This document shows positions 55,338 to 64,000 of a stretch of DNA of 64,000 nucleotides, piece after piece; position 1 is the first letter of the stretch; the number at the start of each line of letters is the position of its first letter. The notes under the pieces are model-generated. The model did not search any database. It was given only the letters and a program-made list of their open reading frames with translations, and was not told the origin of the DNA. The stretch covers positions 4,650,001-4,714,000 of the forward strand of contig OX597831.1 of assembly GCA_951406725.2 (NCBI GenBank). Reading direction: 5' to 3'. The DNA is from Octopus vulgaris (taxonomy: Eukaryota). The translations under genes were made by a program, and so were the position numbers.

Positions 55338-55651
55338 ACACAATTCCAATAATGGAATTTCATTTTCTTGCATTCATAGCAATCTGGTCTTTTTCTGTAA
55401 TTTCTTCGGAGAACCGTTTTCGCAATATTTAACTCATTCTATATTGTGTCAATGAAATCTGTTTTGAATTTGCCACTGTCTTTCAATTGCGATGGTCAAT
55501 TGTGGCTTATAAAAACAAACGATTCTCGTGTTTTATTGTCCATAACTTTGTAATCGTAAACTCCCCATCGCCGTCGTAGTTTCGACAAGATATTTCAAAT
55601 TGTGGTTAATCGTTCATATATATATACATATATAATACATATATATATATA

Positions 55652-55781
<130 letters not shown>

Positions 55782-55849
55782 TATCCATATATAGAGAAAT
55801 AGATAGAGATACACATATATACATATATATATAGATACATATGTATATA

Positions 55850-55899
<50 letters not shown>

Positions 55900-55995
55900 T
55901 ATATAGAGAGATAGAGAGTTATACACATACACACATATATAGGCATATATATATATAGATACATATGTATATATATATGTATGCATATATATATG

Positions 55996-56072
<77 letters not shown>

Positions 56073-56389
56073 TGAACATATACATATGTGCATTTATGTA
56101 TGCACATAATAGAGTGCAATATAATACTAAAATTAGCAATAACAGAAGCAGTAACAACAACAACAACCACTTGGGACTTGAAAGTGTCACAGTTGCTGCC
56201 ATCGTTGTTGTTATTTGTCGCTGCTGCTGCTGCCACTGCTGCTGCTGCTGCTACCGTTGTTGTTGTTGCTGTTGTTATTGTTTGTATTGTCTGCTTTTGC
56301 TGGTGCTGCTGGTGCTGCTGGTGCTGGTGCTGCTGCTTGTATCGTAGGTCGATTAGCAGGCGAGCTGGGAGACAGACGGAAGGAGATAT

Positions 56390-57260
56390 ATAGATAGGTG
56401 GATAGATAAAAGACAATGGAGGATACGTAAAGGCGGACATATTGAAAAGAGATGTGTGGGAGTCGTGGGAGGTTGGAGAGCCAGTAGGAAGGGAGTGCGC
56501 GTGGGAGGAGGAAGGGGAGAAAGACGGAGAGTGAGTGAGTGAAAGGAGAGGGAGAATGGAAGAACGGAGGTTGGAGAGTTAGAGTCTACAGCGTGGAAAA
56601 GAAAGTGAGAGGGGGCTGTTAGGGAGGTAATGGAAAAAGAGGAGAGCAAGAGGATGATAGAGACGGAGAGAGAGGTTAAGGAAAGAGAAAGGGAGAGAGA
56701 GATTAAAGACAATGGGGAAGAAGACTAAGAGAGGGAGAGAGAGGGAGAGAGAGAGGAGAGAAAGAAAGAGAGATGTTTAGAAGGAAGGTAAAATTAGAGA
56801 CGAATAAAGAGAAAGAGAGAAAGAGAGAAAGAGTGAAAGAGAGACAGTGAGGTTATTTGGGAGGTAATGAAAGAAGAGGAGAACAAGAGATAGAGACGGA
56901 AAGAGAAGTTAAGGAAAGAAAAAGGGAGAGTAAGAGATTAATGACGAAACTGAAAGAATGTTAAGAGAGAGAGAGAGAGAGAGGAAAGAAAGAAAGATGT
57001 TTAGAAGAAAAGTAAAAGCAGAGACGAATAAAGAGAGAGAGAAAGAGTGAAAGAGTGAGAGATAAGTTAGGGACGATAGGGAGAAGGTGACTAAGAGAGG
57101 GAGATGTAGAGAGAGACAGAGAGAGCAACAGAGAGAGGGAGAGAGAGAGAGAGAACAATACCAAAGGGAGCAAGGAAGAAACAAAAGCAAAGATAAAAAG
57201 ATAGTGAATCGGGGTAGGAGGTGGAGCAAGAAGAGGGGAAGTGAGAGATAGTGTCTAAGT
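56390..57260. repeat. GA-rich polypurine low-complexity tract with ~230-bp internal duplication
   Basis: gaggtaatg..gatagagacgg..gttaaggaaag at ~56623 and ~56860; agatgtttagaag..agagacgaataaagag at ~56771 and ~56995. Confidence 0.75.
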
Positions 57261-57489
57261 GAAAGGGCTGCGATGGGAGAGGCGTGTTTTTTTTCTTTCC
57301 TTAATACCCTGTAAATTGATGCGGGAATACGAGGGTAGGGACGGCATCAATGTTGCTACTTCCTATTGCCGGATCTCTGGTATTAAGCCGGATCAACTTG
57401 TGTCATTAGTTTACACGGAAACGTTAAGCCTTCTTGTAATTAAAGACATGTTTGACGGTTCTTGATAACCAAATGGTGTATAGATTCTC

Positions 57490-58392
57490 TGATGGTGGCG
57501 GCGGTGGTTGTGGTGGTGGTGGCTGTGGTGGCGGTTGTGGTGGTGGTTGTGGTGGTGGTGGTGGTGGTGTTGGTGGTGGTTGTGGTGCTGGTAGTGGTGA
57601 TAGCGGTCTTGTTGGTGGTAGTCGTAGTGGTGGTGATGGTGGTGGTGGTTGTGGTTGTGGTGGTGGTGTTGGTGGTGTTGGTGGTGGTTGTGGTGCTGGT
57701 AGTGGTGATAGCGGTCTTGTTGGTGGTAGTCGTAGTGGTGGTTGTGGTGGTGCTGGTGGTGGTGGTGGTGTAGTGGTGGTGGTGGTGATGGTGGTGGTGG
57801 TGTTGGTGGTGTTGGTGGTTGTTGTGGTGGAGGTCGTAGTGGTGGTGATGGTGGTGGTTGTGGTTGTGGTGTTGGTGGTGGTGGTGGTTGTGGTGGTGAT
57901 GGTGGTGATGGTGCTGGTGGTAGTGGTGTTGGTGGTGGTGGTGTTGGTGGTGGTTGTGGTAACAATAATAGTTGTAGTAGTAGCAGCAGTAGTATTAGTA
58001 GTGGTTGTGGTGGTGCGGCTGCTGCTGATGGAGGCAGTAGTAGTAGTAGTAACAGTGGTAGTATTATTAGCTGTAGTAGTAGATGTAGTAGTAGTAGTAG
58101 TAGTGATACTGCTACTGCTGCTGGTGGCAGTAGTAGAAGTAGTAGTGGGGGTGGTCCTGGTGGTGGTAGTAGTAATGATAGTGGTGGTGGTGATGGTGGT
58201 GGTGGTGGTGGTTGTGGCGGCAGTTGTAGTAGCGCTGATGGTGATGGTGATGGTGGTGGAGGTGGTGGTGTTGGTGGCGGTGGTGGTGGTGGTAAGAGTG
58301 TAAAGGGTAGTGGTCTCGTGAGAAATGGTGAAAAGTGGAGAGAGGTTATGGAGGATTTTTTGGCGAGGTGAAAGAGAGGGAGTGACACATAC

Positions 58393-58423
<31 letters not shown>

Positions 58424-58555
58424 AGGGACAGGAGGAAGAAGAAGTAGAAGTAGAAGAAGAAGTAGAAGTAGAAGAAGAAGTAGAAGTAGATGAAGAAGCA
58501 GAAGAGGAAGGAGGAGGAGGAGGAGGAGGAGGAGGAGGAGGAGGAGGAGGAGGAT
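57490..58555. repeat. Degenerate (GGT)n/(GTA)n then (GAA)n/(GGA)n low-complexity array
   Basis: Direct inspection; includes a ~111-bp-spaced duplication of gtgatagcggtcttgttggtggtagtcgtag. Confidence 0.9.
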
Positions 58556-58635
58556 AGATATTTACTGAGAAGCAGGGTGAGGAATGTTGCGAGGAATAAG
58601 AAGTGGCATTCACTGAATGGATGAAAATGGAATAT

Positions 58636-58853
58636 ATTCTTTTTCTACTCTAGGCACAAGGCACGAAATTTTGGCGGAGGGACCCAGTCGATTAGATTGA
58701 CACCAGTACGCAACTGGTACTTAATTTAACGACTCCAAAAGGATGAAAGGTAAAGTCGACCTCGGCGGAATCTGAACTCAGAACATAAAGAGAGACGAAA
58801 TGCTGGCAAGCATTTCACCCGGAGTGCTAACGTTTCTGCCAGCTCGTCGCCTT
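58636..58853 (-). mobile_element. SINE family B
   Basis: Reverse complement of the consensus. Confidence 0.85.
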
Positions 58854-58881
58854 GGAAGAAAGGATAAATTGCATACATGAG

Positions 58882-58924
<43 letters not shown>

Positions 58925-59883
58925 CAACGCTATGTGTATACATATTTGTGTGTGTGTGGTGTGTGTATATATATATGTATATATATATAAATATTTATAT
59001 ATATATATATACCTATATACCTATATATGCATATATATATATGTATATATATATACATATATACATATATATATATATATCTGTATATATATCTGTATAT
59101 ATCTGTATATATATATATATGCATATATGTATGCATACATTTTTATGTGTGTATATATATATATATATAGATATATTCATGTGAGTGTGTGTGTGTGTGT
59201 CTGCCAAAGTTAAATAATTTCAAAGAAAAGCCTGAAAATAAAGTGTAAGAAACAAGAAAAACGAGAGTCTAGTGAATGAAAGAATAACGGAATGAAATAA
59301 TGAATGAGTGAATTAATGTAATGAGATTTCAAAGAAAAACGACAGAAAACAAAAATGATAGAGATTGGCTGGTTGGCTGGTTTGGTTGGCAGGCCAGTTG
59401 ACTGGTTGGTTGCTGAAGAGGGTTACCCTGCGTTTACCGTATACATGTATATACAATGAATTTATGTGCTTATATATTTCGAAACACGCTGGAGTTGAAC
59501 TAGGGACAGCTGATGAAGGGGATTTTTCCTTGTGTAGTTTGTCTTGTACTCTGTTTTTCTTTTCGTTTAGGTCCGTTTCCACGTTTGTTTTTACGTTTTC
59601 GTTTCTCGTTGAGTTCTACGTCTATTTGTGGTGCCCTGTACTCACGTATATATATTTATATATGCATGTATATATACATGTAGATGTAGGTACGTACATA
59701 TATGTATGTATGTATGCATATATTTTATTTATTACACTATTGTATGACTGAGCGCCCTTGCGTCGATTCGATTCGTTTTCGTTTCGTTTCATCTCCTCCA
59801 AGAATGTTTTGTTGTATATATATATATATATATATATATATGCATATACTGGAATAAAATATGGTTATCTGCTTAGTATTACT

Positions 59884-59930
<47 letters not shown>

Positions 59931-60101
59931 TTGGAACTCACGCACAAGGTACAGGAAACTTATATGCATACCATTCTGCTTAAACGATGGAACTTCAAAT
60001 ACAGTATCCTTACGTATCTCACGTCTGTTTTCATTCCTCCACTTCACTCTGCATTTCCTATCTTCTCTATAAAAAGTATTGCTTAACCATTCTCTCGCAC
60101 C

Positions 60102-60149
60102 GTCTCTGATGAAGGGATATATAAAATATCCCGGAGGCAGCTGTAAGAC
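60102..60149 (+). ncRNA. Degenerate minimal hammerhead ribozyme
   Basis: gtct-CTGATGA-a-gggatat ataaa atatccc-g-GAGG-cagctg-TA-agac; GAAA has decayed to GAGG. Confidence 0.6.
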
Positions 60150-60403
60150 CTCTTTATTAATGTTCTGAAATCTTTGAAGCGATTGACTTTATGTTAGACT
60201 GATGATATCATTCCAACAACGTGAGAACGCTGGTTGCCCTCGTTCAAATTTTGGAATTGAATTTCTATAATTTTGCACTTCTATGTATCATTTTTCATTT
60301 TGAACTCGACAGAGACAGGCAAGCTGTCGAAATATCGTTCAAGTAATAAAATATCTAATGCAATCGCACCGCGCTCTTCGTATTGTTAATAATGATAATA
60401 ATG

Positions 60404-60836
<433 letters not shown>

Positions 60837-61578
60837 TAATAGTAATTTCTGCTACAAGCACAAGGCTTAAAATTCGGGGAAACCCCTTTCATCCATTTTT
60901 GTCATTACGTCCCTTAACTCCTTCCATTGTATCCTAGAGAACACTTGGATGCACAAAAATTTACTAGAACATCAGTTGCCATAATGTCGGTGGCCATATT
61001 GGCCAGCAAGTAGACTTATTCCTTGAAACAGAAGTCAGTAGTCGTCCATTGATCCAGGGATACTCGGAGACAAAATACTCGGAGTCTTTAGCCGAAAGTC
61101 ACAACTAAATAAACGTTACAGCACAATCTATCCGTCATTACTTCATAACTGCAACCAACACCAACACCACCACCACCACCACCACCACCACCAACGCCAC
61201 AAAAGCTAACAACAACAACAAGAATAACACATAACAACAGCAGCAGCGACAACAACAACAACAATAACAAACGCAGTTTAGACCATGGCCATCACTACTG
61301 AAAACTTTCGCAGAACAACTATGACCTCAAGCAAAAGAAAAAAAAAACACTTTATCCTCAACCACCAAAGGACCAACATCCATTCCTCCTCCTGCTGCTG
61401 CTGCTGCTGCTGCTCCCCTTCCCCCTCCACATCATCATCATCATCATCATCATTGTCATCATCATCATCGTCATCACCATCAATCATTGTAATCCAAACG
61501 AACCATCAAGATTGTCGGCTATATTGCCGATGGCATACTTGTATAACAAACCAAAACTATAATGTCCTTACGTATATG

Positions 61579-61638
<60 letters not shown>

Positions 61639-62028
61639 CTGTACTACATGCGTGCATACATAAATGCATACATATATGCGTACAAGAATGCACACATACA
61701 TATATACATTCATACATGCATACATGCAAATACACGTGGATACATTCATGTATATATAAATGTATGCATGTGCATATACATGTGTATAAATAGTTATATG
61801 TTTGTAGAATTAAATATATGCATGCATATATCTATGTGCATGTACACATCTACATATACATATATATATATGTGTATGTATGTATGTATGTATATATATA
61901 TATATATATATGTGTGTGTACTATATATATATACATATATGTATGTAAGTATGTATAAATATATATATATATATATATATATGTACATATATATATATAC
62001 ATATATATATACATATATATATACATAT

Positions 62029-62108
<80 letters not shown>

Positions 62109-63006
62109 AAAACATGTCTCGGTATCACCACTCGAGCCACCACCATCATTACTGCCACCAGCGCCACCACTGCGAATACCACCTCCGCTACCTCAGTCAC
62201 ATGACTTTCTGACGTATATAGCATCTATCTGAGCCAATTGAACTCCCATTATGAGCGTCTTTGCAACAGCATCTTTTGTAACATCATCTTCGCAACCCTC
62301 CATCATCCAGCATCCATCTTGGATAGATCATGAGACGGTAGTGGCGGCGGTGGTGGTGGTGGCGGTGATGCTGCTTGTGGCAGCGGTGTCGGTAGTAGTA
62401 GCGGGGAGGGGGAGAGAGATAGGGGAGGTACAGCCTCCCCCCCCCTTCCGTCGGACGCCATATTGCCGACAAGATAACGGTCTAAAAAGGGAGAAAAAGG
62501 GCTACAGCGGTCAGCCATCTTAATTTTTCTGCTGCCATTTTCCTTGTTGTGTATTTCTTTCTCTGTTCCGTCATTAAAGTTCACAAAAGCTAAACGGTTT
62601 TTCCATTCCCTTATCTTAAATTGGTCCTCCGCAACATCCTCTCCTCCACACCACACACAAACACAAACACACACACACATACACACATACACACACACAC
62701 ACACATACAAATATACGCACACACATTTATTTCCTACACAAATAATCATATCCTTTATTTTTTTCCTTTTCTTCTATCATATCGTATTTGCTGCTCCCCT
62801 TTCCTTCTTTCTTTCTTTCCTTCCTTTCTTTTTCCTTTCTTTCTTTCCTTCTTTCTTTTCTTCTGTCTATCTCTTTTACTATTTAATCCCACCTCTGTCT
62901 CTCTCTCTCTCTCTCTCTCTCATGCATAAATATACATACATACATGCACATGCATATATATATACACAGACACATATAAGTACACCCTAGTATGTATATA
63001 TATGTA

Positions 63007-63076
<70 letters not shown>

Positions 63077-63225
63077 CACCCATACATATACATATATACA
63101 AACACATATATATAAAGAAATATATGTGTAAATACATCTCTCATTATTTGTCCTCCTCTCTTTCTTACTGTAAATTTCTGCAGCATATCCATACTTACGT
63201 ATATGTATGTCTGTATGTATGTATA

Positions 63226-63309
<84 letters not shown>

Positions 63310-63344
63310 CATATATATATACATATATATATATGTACATATAC

Positions 63345-63391
<47 letters not shown>

Positions 63392-64000
63392 CATCGTCTC
63401 TCCTCTCTCTCTCTCTTCCACTCTATATCATTGCCTCTTTCTTCTTTCCGTTCCTTTAGCGGTGGTAGTGATGGTCGTGGCAGGAGTTCATTTTCTTTAA
63501 TTAAGGGCTATTTGGCTGCCCTTTCTAGTGGATATTGAGAGCATGCAGAGGCATCCTTCTGATAATGGTATGGTTGTGATAGCGTTGATGGTAGCAATAA
63601 CTACAATAATTGATGTGGTGGTGGTAGTGCCAGTGATTGCACGTATGGTAGCGGTTGTAGTGGTGGTGATTGTAGTAGCGGTGGTAGTTGTGTTGGTGGT
63701 TGTGCTAGTGATTTTCCTGGTAGTGGTAGTAGTGGTAGTAGTAGTAGTAGTTGTTGTGTTGTTGTTTTGGTGGTAGAGTTCTGGTGGTTCTGGTAGTAGT
63801 GGTGATAGTGATGGTGGTGATAATGATAGTAGTAGTGGTAGTGGTGGAGGTGGTGGTTGACAGTGGTGGTAGAGGTGGTGGGAGGTGATAATACTGGTGG
63901 TGGCAGTAGAATTAGGGGTAGCAGTTGTGGTGGTAGTAGTAGTTGTACTAGTATTAATATTATCATTATTATTATTATTATTATTAGTAGTAGTAGTAGT

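Noticed and set aside
57411-58613. Gly/Cys-rich, Val-rich and Pro/His-rich ORFs (209-400 aa) resembling structural proteins
   Set aside because: Overlapping ORFs in multiple frames of a degenerate GGT array, with no domain or splice support; cannot be fully excluded without RNA data
59505-59560. CTGATGA followed by a hairpin (similar at ~32588)
   Set aside because: No GAAA or stem I closure, so not counted as a hammerhead
62303-62520. MADRCSPF..MASDGRGG..PPPP short ORF as a coding exon
   Set aside because: No recognisable homology, ends in a stop, and is partly low-complexity

Overview
AT-rich eukaryotic (metazoan) non-coding DNA, either intergenic or a very large intron, saturated with microsatellites: (TA)n, (CA)n, (GA)n, (TAA)n, (TACA)n, (GATA)n and (GGT)n. 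The repeat landscape looks cephalopod, probably Octopus; this is an inference from recalled repeat families and was not verified. No host protein-coding gene could be supported, and almost all supplied ORFs are microsatellite or SINE translations. The recognisable content is mobile DNA: at least 9 fragments of R4/Dong-type (RLE) non-LTR retrotransposons, mostly inside (TAA)n tracts; one RLE relative inside (TACA)n; a young Tx1/L1-like 3' fragment inside (GATA)n; an RTE remnant; many tRNA-derived SINEs of at least three families; mariner, hAT and Helitron-like remnants. The most striking signal is about 10 minimal type-I hammerhead-ribozyme motifs in several unrelated short non-coding elements, most of them next to (TA)n. 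Many sit in fold-back or partial-tandem structures whose breakpoints fall at or near the predicted self-cleavage site, as in Penelope-like elements and retrozymes. Examples are a young ~359-bp unit with a U3-A8 covariant core and a tRNA-headed (Pol III) hammerhead element. All alignments and folds were read by eye, and coordinates of degenerate elements are approximate.
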